Assembly (NCBI GenBank): GCA_040954595.2
Contig: CM082596.2
Span: forward strand, 8,076,468 to 8,140,467
Source of the DNA: Balanoglossus misakiensis
Taxonomy: Eukaryota > Animalia > Hemichordata
DNA: 64,000 nt
Reading direction: 5' to 3'
Position 1 is the first letter of the stretch. Each line of letters starts with the position of its first letter. Below, piece after piece: positions 1 to 12,731 of the stretch. Below the pieces are notes generated by a model. It did no database searches. It saw nothing but the letters and a program-made list of their open reading frames with translations, and was not told the origin of the DNA. A program made the translations under genes and the position numbers.

Positions 1-2532
1 TATTTGAATCCGGACTTTTAGTTAACCACCCAAGAAACAATGGTAGAGTGTCGCAAGCCCAACAGACTATGACCGTGCACTCCATAAGCCTATATGGAAC
101 TCGTACAAAAAAAAGTGGCGCTGTACTCTGACGAAAAAGGGCAGATGAAGGGGTTCAAAAATTAACTACGTTCCCCAATACAACCCCACATAGCGGTTCG
201 GACATGTACTCTCCTAGCTAACACCTCGTTCACACCTTCCGAACAATAGAGTTTCCTAACCGTCTTCTTCTAGTAACCGTGACCTGTACAATAAGCTGCA
301 TTGTACGGGACACTGACATTACTATACCCCTTTTATGGAGGATCTGATCACATACCTGCACTTTTAAGACGTGTCTGAACTTTCTTTATTCCGTAGTTAA
401 TGTAAGTTTATGTGATGTCGGCCACACCTGGTATCCTATCTCCAATAATGAAAAGACCAACAGAATAGCAGGGCTTATTGCAATAAGGAGGGCACCTCTG
501 CTGTATAGATGGCCATTCTTTCTGTTCAAATACCATTCAGATTCATCAAAGTGAAATACTGTCAAAACATTCATCTTCATGAAAAAGATGGATTGAAAAA
601 TCCACCCTAAGCTATTTGAAAGTGCTTGCTAATGGTGATAATAAGGAAAAATGTTTTTTTTTTTCTTCATACCCTGACCATCTGTCAAATAAAATTGCAT
701 ATTATGTATATGGGGAACATGTACTTTTGAAGAAGAATTTAACATACACATTTTTCATACATGTAAACTAAAACAGAGTTGTGACATTAATCGTTTAGGG
801 ATCAAAACTCTTTTTTTTAGAGAGGAATTTATCATTTTGAAACATAGCTCTCAAAGCTTCTACTTCAGTCTGTAAAAGGGCTCCTACTGAACGCTGTTCA
901 TAAAGAATTTTGTCAAATACAATCCGATGTTGTTTCATGTCATTCTGGTATCAGACCAGTATTCTCATACATGTACACAGAAATGATGGAACAAAAAGGA
1001 AATTGCTTTAAGATTCTGTTTGCAAAAGCAAAACCATAACCAAGCCCTTAATACCTCTGTTCACCAAAATAATTTTTGCCATCTTGTTGTTCCAAACACA
1101 GAAGAACATGTGTTCTACATGTTTTCGCATTTGAAATGTTTTAACTCATTTCTCAAGGCAAAGGAACTACTGTGACAGAGACTAAGAATTCCCTTAGGTT
1201 CCCTTGGGTTTAAATTATTCTGACTGAACGACAGGCTATGATTGGACAATAAGGAGTCCATGTTATTTAAATTGTGATAGATAACCAATGACAGGAGGTA
1301 TTACAAAGGGAAATACCAGTACATGTACTTTAGTTGTTGCTACAAATGTAGAACTTAGTGTATTCTCTCATTCACAATCCCTTTAGCAACATGGGAATTT
1401 AAAAGGCAAAGGAATGATTTGTATACATGTAGTTAAACAGTTAGCAGCCATATATGCTGAACTGATTATTTTTCATTGTTTTTTCGAAATAGACAATCAT
1501 CAAGAATATGTATGCGTAAATTCAATGGCAAAAGTTAGGAATAGACTGGTCGTAACTATCCCACATGCGTATTTTTCATTTCAACAAAGAATACCTTCAC
1601 CTGCTCAAATCATAGAATATTCCTTCTAACTTTTCTGATTAATCCCCGGTCCAGAACTATTTTTATTTAACATCTTCCTGGGCAACAGACTAAACACAAA
1701 GCTCAGTTCAGTTTCAATTCCAAATCACCAATTTCACAAACATTGCAAACAATGGATTACAATAGTTAACTTCCCTCAAAAATAGTGTCACTCAAATGGC
1801 CAGCTACTTTAAGGGACTTGCTCCCTGCTCTACATTACCACAAAAGCAGTTGTTTGTCCGAGATCTCAAATTTCCTCTGAGAGGCTTGACAACAGATAGG
1901 ATTGAAGTGCGGACACACTGACCACTTGAACCAGTTTGCCTGCTACCGAACTGACCCATCAAAGCACGCCAAACATGGAAAATTCAGAGCTGGTTCAAAT
2001 AACTGGGGGTGGACTGTCTTTTTGACAGCACAGTTGATTAGTTCAGACATCTGACAGTTATAAAAAACACGACTCTTCCACGTCGACACGATAAAATGGC
2101 CTCGTAAAACCCCACAACCTCTCCACCAGTACAGAGTTCCCATTGTCTTCTACATGACTGTATGATCAGAACAGTTTTACCATCACACACCACCACTTTA
2201 TTTTATGGTGTAAATCACCACTTTCCTGTTTTACTTAAAGGTTATTGAACTTTTTCATTAAACAATCATTCTTTTTCAGAACAACCACAAAGTCCACCAG
2301 ACAATATTTCAGAAGACATAAAATGCATGGATTTGCATATTACATCAGAAACCACCTGTTGATGCATGCTGACATTATTATCTTGGCAGGTGGTTATTGA
2401 TTTAATATGCAAATCCATACATATATTTTCCCACATAGTAAGCCACAAGTTCTGTCTCTGTAATCAATGAATGGTGAACCAGTCAATTTCTGAGTTCTGG
2501 GAGAAGACCCACGATAAATGTTTAGAGTTTAA

Positions 2533-2617
2533 CCCTTTAACCACCATGGTTTGGTCCAAAGCCATTGTTTTCAAGAGTAAAGTTGGACCTCTAAAGAGAT
2601 AGATGGGGTTGAAAAGG
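2533..2617. mobile_element. ~85-bp piggyBac-like MITE, family A (copy 1)
   Basis: Family consensus TTAA-CCCTTTCACCACCATGG...GGGGTGAAAGGG-TTAA. Related copies at 4364-4447, 19747-19829, 22973-23056 and 36248-36334. Confidence 0.75.
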
Positions 2618-3275
2618 TTTTGAACAAATACTCATTGTAAAGTTTTATTCCCATTAAACTACACAGCAACGCTTGATGCTGTAAAATTGTCAGATTTATT
2701 GATGAAGAATTTACTGATCACAAACACTATAAATGTGTAAATTCTATACACTATGTTTTTTAAGACTTCATAGAGAACAACTGATTAGGTTGTGATAGGT
2801 GGCACTATATGTTGCCTGCACACTTTGTTTGAAAACCATATTTTACTCAACACAATGCACCCCTTGGATCACATATTTCCATAAAGCTGTGTTTTCTGTT
2901 GTAGGTGGTATCCAGAATTTTTTAAATCAGAATTCCTGATTCATTTTACCAGGGCATGCTTCTTTGGGGGTGTAACATTGTATTTGACGAAAAATATGGC
3001 TGTCTGAAAGAAACTCATGCTGTTAACGTACACATCACCACCTTCAAAGATAATATTAATGACCTAACACAGTTTTAATCTACTAGGTTTACTGTATCTG
3101 TTTGGTTACTAGGTGATGCATGTTATCGGTCTTCATATTATCAAAGAACCATCTCAGTCAATCATCAAGCCCGGATATCTACACTTGTCTGTAATTACAT
3201 TTTGACGTTACCCACATACCAGACAATATTGACTCTGGTGGACTTCAACTATATATCGGTAGTGATACTGCATGA

Positions 3276-3520
3276 GTGTGTGTTAGTGTGCAGAGACATG
3301 GACTTAGCTGTGTGTGTGTGTGCGCGTGTGTGCATGCGTGTGTGTGTGTGTGTATGTACATATGTTTTACTGCATGGGTGTGTGTGTGTGTGTTTGTGTA
3401 TGTGTGCATGTGTACACAGTCTGTGTGCATGTGGTTTGTGTGTGTGTGTGTGTGTGTGTGCATGTTTTTGATTGTTTGCGTGTGTGCATGCATGCATGTG
3501 TGTCAGTGTGTATGTATGTA
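3276..3520. repeat. Compound (TG)n microsatellite
   Basis: Long imperfect TG/TGCA/TGTA run. Confidence 0.95.
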
Positions 3521-4363
3521 CTTTAGCTAAAATAATTAACACAGGGGTAAAAGACAAATACTAAAATTTGTATTATTTGGGCTACTTTTTGGTCTTGATT
3601 GAGCAAGAAGTTACAGTATGTCCTTAGGATGCAGGCCAACAAAATTCCAAGTAGTATCCAGTCAAAACTTTTACGTTGGCAGCTCCTATATTTCCTTTTA
3701 GAGGGTTCAATATGATTCACATAGCTGATGCTTCAATTGTGAAAAACTGTTACTTTCTTCAAAAGCCCAAATGAGACAGTGAATAAAACAGTTACGCTTT
3801 CTCCCTTCTTTGGAATTGCAAAGGAAAGCTTTTAGGATAAAAGACAAAATGCAAAGTTTGTGTCAAACAAAGACAGACTTTGGGATTATGCCCTTGAGTT
3901 AAGACACTGTTGTTATGGTGTGCGGAATGCAATTGTGTACCTTGTAATTATCCAGGCTGCAATAACACTGGATAATTTGTCTGGGGGGCTGGCTGGGGTA
4001 ACAGGACAATAGTAATAGACAGTTGTTTGCGCACCTGAGATTTGAATCACAGGACAAAAAAAAAACTCTCTGTGCAATTGACCATGCAGCAATCCAATAT
4101 GCAACTGCATATACATGTTCACAGATATTTTGTAAGGGAGAAATTCTCTTTTCTCATAAAATCAAAATCATGCTTTCAATGACTGTCACTGACATCAAGA
4201 GTAATTTTCATTTCTAGTCCAGTCAGATACTTATACTCTCTGTTTTTGTTTTATGAAAATAAACATCACTGCTCTAATTTTTCTCCATAAAGTTAACACA
4301 GAGATTATCAGCATCGGTTTAACATAAACTTGCGACTGAACAATCAAATATATTCACTTTTAA

Positions 4364-4447
4364 CCCTTTCACCCCAGTTCCCTCTTTAGAGATCCAACTT
4401 TTCCATACGAAACAATGGGTTTGGAGTGAACCATGGTGGCGAAAGGG
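4364..4447. mobile_element. Family A MITE (reverse orientation)
   Basis: TTAA CCCTTTCACCCC...CCATGGTGGCGAAAGGG ATAA. Confidence 0.75.
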
Positions 4448-6249
4448 ATAAGTGCTAATTTGTGCCATGCATACGTCTCACAAACAACATGTCACCAGTG
4501 ACCACACCTCCTTTTTGCCTTCTTACTAAATACAACTACAATGTACATGTGCTACTGCTAAATCCTTAGATTATGACGAACCCGCAAATACTTGTTACCA
4601 AGGAAACTAAAGACAAACACCATTTCCTGAGTGAGTGGGTATTGTCTGTTTTGGCCTTGATCACTCCTTAGCTCTCCTAATATTGTGTTAAACCACGCTA
4701 CTGTACCATTCACGGAGTCACACCTGTCTGTGTATCAGATCTAAACTAAAACATGAATGGGACTCGCGCACTACAAAAAAGTTGTTCAGAATACAATGTT
4801 TTCTATTCAGGGTGGATATTTTTAACATCGAATCTCACGATCTGAAAGATGTTATGCCAGGCAAAATGGAAAAGATTTGTGACTGACCCTAATTTCAAAA
4901 TGATGCCCTCTATGGTCAAATTTGGTCACTGATCAACATGTAATGTCGGTGCCGCAAGTAGATTAGAAAAGGCATGCAACTTTAATTGCAAGCAAGATTC
5001 TTTGCGGCCTTGTTCTAGACATGTTCCAGCATGCCCTATTTCTTCAGTGCAACAAAATATCCATCAAGCGATGCAAGAATCACCTCATCAGTTGACAGGC
5101 TGTTATCCAATGACGCATGGCAATATTAGTATCTTTCGCGATAACCCTTCCACCCCATTACTGTGTGGATAATACAACCTTAATATAATTGACAACAATG
5201 GGACTGTACCAATTACAGGTAGACCACTGGTGAAAAATCAAACGCTTTCCTGAATGAGCTATAAACCTGGATCACACAAGTTTACAGCTCGTGCAAACAG
5301 CCCCCTTGAGATTCATGTTTGCCTCACTGCTATTAACCGCAAACACATTTCACTCTCTTTCTTTGTGACTTTAGGAGGGCAATGATGGACACAGAAGAAT
5401 TTTTCCTTCATTCTTGTTTGTTGTGTACCGCACAAACAAAACACACACAGCGTGTTTACCCAGAGTCAGCAACCTTGTTTTCAGAAAGCACAGATCCTTC
5501 GGTCATTATCCCTATACCCATTTTCTTCACAGGCTCACTTTCTTCAACAGGTTGTGTTTAATCGTTTGAAATGGTTTACACTGGCAGCAAACAGTGCAGA
5601 AGTCAACCATGGTTGCCAAGACAAACACTACATAAACCACAAAATGTTTACAATATTCCCTTCCCAAGTGAAACTCACTCAATGAAGGAATTTTTTGCTT
5701 GATTTGAAATACAAGTCCCTCATTTACAAATACAAAGAACTATCTGTTGGGTTTGAAACACAATTCCCTAGTTTACGATACAAAGAAGTAGTTGGTATCA
5801 GCAACAAGAATATTTCAGTATCTATCGTTAATAAAAATATACAATCTTTCAACAGACAGCACATTTCATTAATATTTGGAAATAGTGGTCAAAAACATTT
5901 CTGGGGAAAAGTACAAAACTGACAGATTCCAAAAGATCAACACAACTCTAATTCAAAGGATTGATTTTTTTCTGCGCTTGGTATTTACCACACTGGCTCT
6001 GAAGGACTTGCACCTGCTTTTTTGAATATCCCTTTCATTCAGATAACATATGACATTTACATTGTGACTCCCCCACCTTGAAATGTCAAAAGCTATCTCT
6101 CGCACAAAAGAAGCGAATGGCTGAGAATGGTAATGAAACACTACCAGCATCTGTTTTGGTAAAAGTAATTTCTGGACTGCCCTGCATTGTCACAGTCAAT
6201 CAGTCATGCACATCTGCAACTTTCAGGTAACACATCGTTGCTGTATTAA

Positions 6250-6551
6250 AGCGCGTAGCTCGTCTCACACGCATGTTCCAACTGTAGCCGCTGGTTACAG
6301 ACGTTTAGTGAACAGTCAATCCCATAAGGCAGTGCTCTGTCCTAACAACAGAGAAGATGGCGGCGACCATAATCTGTGTCGGAGATCGGGAAAAGACACT
6401 AGCTTGGGTGAAAGGGAGGGACAAAACCAGAATCTACTTATACGGTGCGCATGAAATATGGAAGGAAGCGAAGGCAGTCCACTATTTGAATGCATCGAAC
6501 GGAAAATTTGCTGGGACGTTACGCGCATGCGCGTGAGACGAGCTTAGTGCT
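6250..6551. mobile_element. TTAA-flanked MITE with ~26-bp TIRs (Kolobok-like AG...CT termini)
   Basis: TTAA|AGCGCGTAGCTCGTCTCACACGCATG ... CATGCGCGTGAGACGAGCTTAGTGCT|TTAA. A partial inverted copy lies at about 31555-31644. Confidence 0.8.
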
Positions 6552-7545
6552 TTAAAGAAAGCTACACTTAAATGGCTATTTTTTGGCCAATTTTCGTGCT
6601 TTTAGAGAAGATTATTTGTCTCGTGCAGCCAATGGTTATAGGATCACATCTAAGTCAAAAAACAATCCCCTCTTCTAATTAAATATGTTGACATTAACTA
6701 TGTATCAACTAACCTTTCTAATTACTTGTACATTGGACAATTATCTCAGACTTTCACATATTATTTTATGTACAACAATCATGCAGGTATCATGCCGGTA
6801 ATTGCCACCTTAAGCAGCCTATGATAGTCACGTGGTAAATAAAAACTAATGTGTAGGCGGTCTCCTTGGATCAATTAATAAGATTTTTCAGTTGTATGGT
6901 TCACTGCTCACAAGAATCATACCGGTCCTATAAACTTAACTTGTTCTTCTTAATTTTCTACTCTGCAAATACATTTCTTTATGAGTTCTTCCCCATTTAT
7001 TGACAGAACTCCATCAATCAACTCCACTGTCAGACTATAGAATACTTGACCTTTATTCTATTGGGCGTGAGTCAATACAATTACATTGACCATGGTGGTT
7101 GTAAACGGCAATGCAATTTCAATGACTTGTTTCACCTGACAAAAATCGGGCCAGGTTGGTGTGGGTCTGGTTGAGAAGGGAAAGGTATTCTACGGCAACT
7201 AAGAACTGAAAACTTTTCAGAAGAAAATTATTACACGAAGTATTATTTTAAAGAATATTGTTAGAAATCCTAGTCATTGCCATCACAATCTAATCATAAC
7301 CAGCCCTAGAAAATAAAATTCAATGAGGCTAGAGGTACTTATTTGAATTTTACATATATGAAGTTGCATGTTGAAAGACTTGGTATAAAATAAACAATTA
7401 TGGTAGACTAAGCGATACAATCTGATATACCGTAGGTAGTACTTGTATGATTGCAATCCTTGATTATGAAATGACGTATGATATCAAACACTGTACAAAT
7501 GTCAAACAAGTATAACTGCTGAACCCCGAGGAACTGGGTACCTAC

Positions 7546-7721
7546 CAATCTGATTAAAATCAGATGTAGGGTTGGCTTAATCTTTCCCTTAGCTGATCCT
7601 TGGCTGTTCGGGTCTGTTCTGGGATGTAAATGCTGTACCACATCCGAGAGCAGAGCAGCCGAGAATCACATCAGCAAAGGTAAAGATCGAGCCAACCCTA
7701 CATCTGATTTTAATCAGATTG
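7546..7721. mobile_element. Fold-back MITE with 9-bp target-site duplication (Mutator-like)
   Basis: Perfect 32-bp TIRs (CAATCTGATTAAAATCAGATGTAGGGTTGGCT) that continue imperfectly to the centre. Flanks are GGTACCTAC and GGTATCTAC. Confidence 0.8.
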
Positions 7722-7823
7722 GGTATCTACATTGTACCACCCTCAACAAGAACACTACTCCCAATATCTGACTGCCTTGCATCAGATCAAATCATATATC
7801 TGAACTTTCCTCAGATCTATTAA

Positions 7824-8166
7824 AGGGACCTAAGTCCCTCTCTCGCTGCCCTTTTTCCATCAATTATGTTTCATACAAGACACGGTTTATGTTATTCTAC
7901 ATGAGGATATATAATGAATCAATGTTTGACCACATACACCTTCCATCCCATTTGTAGACACGAGATCGAAACACTCGCCAAAATGAATAATCGGTCTCTA
8001 CCATTTATTCATTCTGGTGAGATGTTTACTCTCATACCCTACAAGCGGCATGGAAGATGTGCTTGAATGTTGATTCACCATATATCCACATGTAGATTCA
8101 CATAAACAGTGTCTTGTATCAAACATAATTAATGGATAAGGGCAGTGAGAGAGAGACTTTGTCCCT
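7824..8166. mobile_element. 343-bp palindromic TTAA-flanked MITE (Kolobok-like)
   Basis: TTAA|AGGGAC...GTCCCT|TTAA, with arms complementary over most of their length. A truncated second copy lies at about 55518-55735. Confidence 0.85.
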
Positions 8167-8369
8167 TTAATTACATGTACATGTACGAAACACATATGAA
8201 GCAAGTTGATAACCACAGCAGAAATGAAGAGCTACCCGATTTCACTTTCCATCAAACGTGAACCTAAAATCAAACACTTGTTCGGAGCGCTGAACTGTGA
8301 CCGAATAATAACCTGTCACACCCACCAGAGATCCACCGAGTACACAATAACAAGGTCTGGTGCACTCAC

Positions 8370-8460
8370 AGTACAATGGATGATTTGCACACAATGCAGG
8401 GTATATTTGAACACACATAAACACGCAGAAGGACAAACCATTATATTTCATTGCATCCAT
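8370..8460 (-). CDS. Putative first coding exon (signal-peptide-like) of an unidentified gene extending left of the window
   Basis: MDAMKYNGLSFCVFMCVQIYPALCANHPLY is followed by a phase-1 donor T|GTGAGT. A candidate acceptor TTATTCGTCAG| precedes 8811, and a candidate upstream UTR-exon donor GAG|GTAATT follows 10118. I found no downstream exon in the window. Confidence 0.35.
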
Positions 8461-9513
8461 TTCAGGTCTTATACCAGCATATCTTTTATTCGGTGATAAA
8501 AAAAGCGTCTGGCCGTTATCCTCAGATGAACCACAGACTCTCCAGAAATGAGGGGCAATGTTTGAACTCCCCACCACAGAAGCATGAACTCTCGTCACGA
8601 CAGAAAAGTGAAGCCTCCCCTGATCATTTGCTTCGATCTGCCAATTTCATCCATGGATTGATCCATACATCCCAGAAACGGATCATAAAGTTTTATCCTT
8701 TTGTTTGTCATATTTTTGACTAAAACTTTCGTCTCACAATTTCAAAATGTTACATTTAAAAACAAGTCCACTCTCCTGATTATAACGAAGTCTTTTCGCT
8801 TCAACAACACCCTGACGAATAATTAAACATAGCAAAAATCTGAATATTGCATAAATTAAAATATATTAAAATATGTAATTTTAATACAGAGCCATACACA
8901 TGAACTTTCCCCCAGAGAAAACTGACAACAATAACAATGGAATGTTCTGTATATGCAATTTGTATATACAGGTGTTATAAAAATGTATACAAACAGTAAA
9001 GTCATGTAAAACGTCCCTGGGGGCATTGTTTGAAGTAGGTACAAGTAGTAATCAGGCGTATTACACCAAGCGTTGTCTGAGAAATTCTACGTTCATGCAT
9101 GTCTGGACTAGTCTGTTGTGTTGAAGCCACATCCTCTATGGTTATCACATTCCACAGCCTTACATGAAGAAGTTTGAGAAAACTCTATTGCAATATTGTC
9201 ACTTGTTTGAAATTTCACAAAAGGTGTCAAAAGAGGAGAATTAATTATTGATGTATAGAAAACACCATGTCACCATGCTTGATTTTTTTATAGAGCTGTT
9301 CAGATATTTCCACTATGGAAAACTATAGCATTAGGAGTGACTGAAAAGTGCTGACTTAGCATTTTCCAAAATATTTGCGACCCCTCCCCCTAACTGAAAA
9401 TGAAGGATGGAATCACCCTGTTTTCTCTCCATTTTTGTATTCAAAATTCATTGATATACAATTACAATGTATAAAAATCAGGAAAATAATATTTTCATTT
9501 TTGAGTAGACAGA

Positions 9514-9659
9514 ATGCACCTCGAAAATGAACGTCTGAAACCTGTTCTCATATTTTGCTCCAGGCGACTTTAGATTATTCTCTCTAAAAAATGAGAATTA
9601 AAAATGAAAGGGTAGGAGGACTGTCATTTTCATGAAACTCGTGAGTGCCCGAGGTGCAT
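9514..9659. mobile_element. Degenerate MITE fragment
   Basis: Inverted ends ATGCACCTCG and CGAGGTGCAT. A related TTAAGGTAGTTGTGCCTCG terminus lies at about 9792. Confidence 0.4.
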
Positions 9660-12480
9660 GTAATACTCCTGGGATACTATCTTAATCTGTCTGGGAATCT
9701 TTGACGTCCATTATCTTTTTGTAGTGGCTATACTGTGTTCAAAGGCTGTGTCTTGCTGCATTGTTTACACTATTAAGACAGGTTTCTTTAATTAAGGTAG
9801 TTGTGCCTCGGGACAGATTTTCTGAAAAATGATAATCCCCCCAACCTTCCAGTGCTTGGCTATATTATGTAGCATGTGGGGAGTCTTTTTGAAAATAAAA
9901 TTGTAGGGGATGTAATCAAATACACTTGTTTACTCGAATATACATTCAGACATATTCTTGTATGGTGAGCGTAATACTCAACTTCAAGTAATCTTAGTTT
10001 CGCACAAATCCATCATTTTCAGCTCTCGCTCACAGTCGGAAAACGGAAAGCCAAAAGTCACTGAAAGATAGACAGGATGCGACAGGCATGACCAAACACA
10101 AAATGAAAGGAAATTACCTCCACCTATTTGCCGTTCTTGTACGATTCTGATGACCCGGAAAAGGTCGCTGGACTTGACAAAAAAAACCCACCAGAGATTC
10201 ACGAGTTTTCGCTGAAAGAGAAAATTCTGAGCCGCGATTCACAATGATGAATTCAATAGCTGACACGCATGAGTACCCCTTCACATGTGCTCGGAAACTT
10301 TGTTCCTTTCACGTTTCAAGAGGCTGAAGGATTTTTCATTCAAGTCGGCCACTAAAAACCAAGGAAAGGACACTGTCGTGATCAGCATGCATGTTCGAGA
10401 TTTCGTTTACAAACACCAGTCTACCCCAGAATTTCTTAGCTGCACTCGGAGAGTGACGCAATGAAGCATGTCAATTTACGACAAGATAACAAAAATGTGG
10501 GACACGTGTGTAAACCCACTAAAGTGAATGGAATCTCTAATCACCCTTTTTCTTACAACAGGCTTCTTATATTGCAAAACACATCACCTGAGATGCAGTT
10601 CGAATACATGCCCATCACTCTGCTAGTTTTTGTTGTTGACAAAATTCAATTTTCAAAAAAAGAACAACCCTGACTGTAAACGTACAACCTGATGACTTAC
10701 TGCGTGTACGTTTGTATGCACATTGGGCCTACCAGCATAATCTGAACAAGATACATGTAATACAGTTGATCCATAAAACCAAAAGATGTAATGTTAAAGT
10801 TGATATGGGAGTGGTTGACAAGTTTGCCGGAAGCGTACGAGTCCTGTAGCCAGCTACACTGCTGTCACTGATTTTCATGATGTTTACATTCACATGCATC
10901 AGATATCCACCCCTCCCCCCAACCCCCCTGAAGCTTCAATACAATGTTTGTTCCCCCAAGCGAACATGATATCAGATTGGCATTGTCCAGCGCAAATGAC
11001 AACTGCTCTGTAACAACAACAAAAACGCGATCAATTTAACGCCTACATGATTTCCTTTGTCACTTTGGGTCAATTGTCTGTGAATATTCTATTGTCCAGT
11101 GTTTTGATACTACGCTTCACAATAGACTGAGTTTTGTAAAGCGATCTTTGTAATCAGATGTATGTATTGTTGTGTCAAGATAGTATTTATAGCGAAAGTT
11201 ACCAGCTGACACGCACAGTTGATTTGCAATTTTAAACATCTAAACAGTTCAGCTTCTAAAGTAGTATATCTTTAGATGGATATCTTGCAATATTATGCTG
11301 GATTTACTAGATAGTGCCAAAAACATTTATGCATAACAAAATTACAAAATGTCATTTTTATAAAAAAAAGTCCACAATTTTGAGCAAATATTTAGTACTC
11401 TGATTGGATAATTGATATACGGTTACAAAACTCATAACACTGAAATTAAGAAGGAAAACCCTCTATGAGGTGGAATATTTACACAACTTCAGACTAGTTT
11501 TGTTTATCCACGGAGTTTCATACAAAACAAATTTACCAACTGAAATACTATAAATATTTCTCAAGTAGCGGTGTGCTTACAGTTTTGGCATTTTTAGCAT
11601 TTCTAAAACCCACTGATGTGACCAGTCAGTAATTTCACTGCTCTTATACATCCAGGATCATTAATTTTTAACTCAAAAATTTACTTTTTCTTCCTACAGG
11701 CTATTTTATTTTACAATGACTTACAGCGTGTTATGTAGATGGAGCAGTGTCTGTTCACACTTTTTGAAACACAAGACATCACCTTCTTGTTTCTTGCAAA
11801 GAAACGCTGTGGGTGCAACGTTCATTTCTGATTTTTAAAACGACATATACTTCCCTTGAGTCAAAACTGCAAGTTATTTGACGTTCGACTATGCCACCTT
11901 TGAGAACAGATCACTTTCACATCCTGCAACTCTGATATCCACAGCCTAGTCTACTACAAGGATGTGCTTAAACCTACACTTCATGTACAACTAAAATAGA
12001 GATCCCTTCTATATTACTCTAAAACGTAGATGAACAAAAGATGTGACAGGTTTCCTGTGCCACTTTAAGGTGACCTTTATTGACCCCAAGTTGAGTTCAA
12101 AATCATGTCATTTGACCAAGTCAATGGTCTCATTATCATTATTTTGGCTAATAATATTCTCAGGTAATAAGTATTCGTTGCACCATACACAATACAGAGT
12201 CTATAGTTGCAGTACATTGTAAGAGTATATAGCACGGTCAACCCACTATATGTAGGGCTATAATGAATACTTTGGCTGACAATTTTTCTGGTGACTATCA
12301 CTATCAGAGTAGTTGCATGCTTACATTGTATCAGAATGTTTAACTTCTTATACACAAAACAAATATATCACCACAACACAATCATGTCAGATGTAGATAG
12401 TCTAGGCTTTTTGGAAATTGGTAACAAATTAAATTTAGCATTAATCAATATGGGCTAATAATTATGTATGGTGTTTACTG

Positions 12481-12576
12481 CAGTACTGTAGCTCGAGGTT
12501 TGCCTGTATAGTGTGTGTGTGTGCGTGTGTGTGTGTGGATGGCAAAAACAGACAACCACCTCAAGCTACGGCACTG
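12481..12576. mobile_element. Small hAT-like MITE containing a (GT)n tract
   Basis: Imperfect 19-bp TIRs: CAGTACTGTAGCTCGAGGT and the reverse complement of ACCTCAAGCTACGGCACTG. No clear TSD. Confidence 0.45.
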
Positions 12577-12618
12577 CCCACGCGCAATCATTTGTATCAT
12601 GAGAGACATTGTTTTAAC

Positions 12619-12638
12619 CATAGACCCTAGGGTCTATG
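12619..12638. mobile_element. 20-bp perfect palindrome with 7-bp direct flanks (P-element-like footprint)
   Basis: TTTTAAC|CATAGACCCTAGGGTCTATG|TTTTAAC. Confidence 0.7.
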
Positions 12639-12701
12639 TTTTAACCATTCACTAATTCATTATAGAAATAACCTTCACTGCTGTCTGACAGTCTGGTCGA
12701 C

Positions 12702-12731
12702 CATGGACGTACCGCAGTGGTACCGTCCATG
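12702..12731. mobile_element. 30-bp hairpin with 7-bp direct flanks (P-element-like footprint)
   Basis: GGTCGAC|CATGGACGTACCGCAGTGGTACCGTCCATG|GGTCGAC. Confidence 0.7.

Noticed and set aside
280-440. Minus-strand CAG|GTATGT donor and nearby TACAG acceptor suggesting exons
   Set aside because: All frames hit stops within a short distance and there is no recognisable protein.
3202-3557. Several overlapping Cys/Val- or His/Thr-rich ORFs
   Set aside because: Artefacts of the (TG)n microsatellite.
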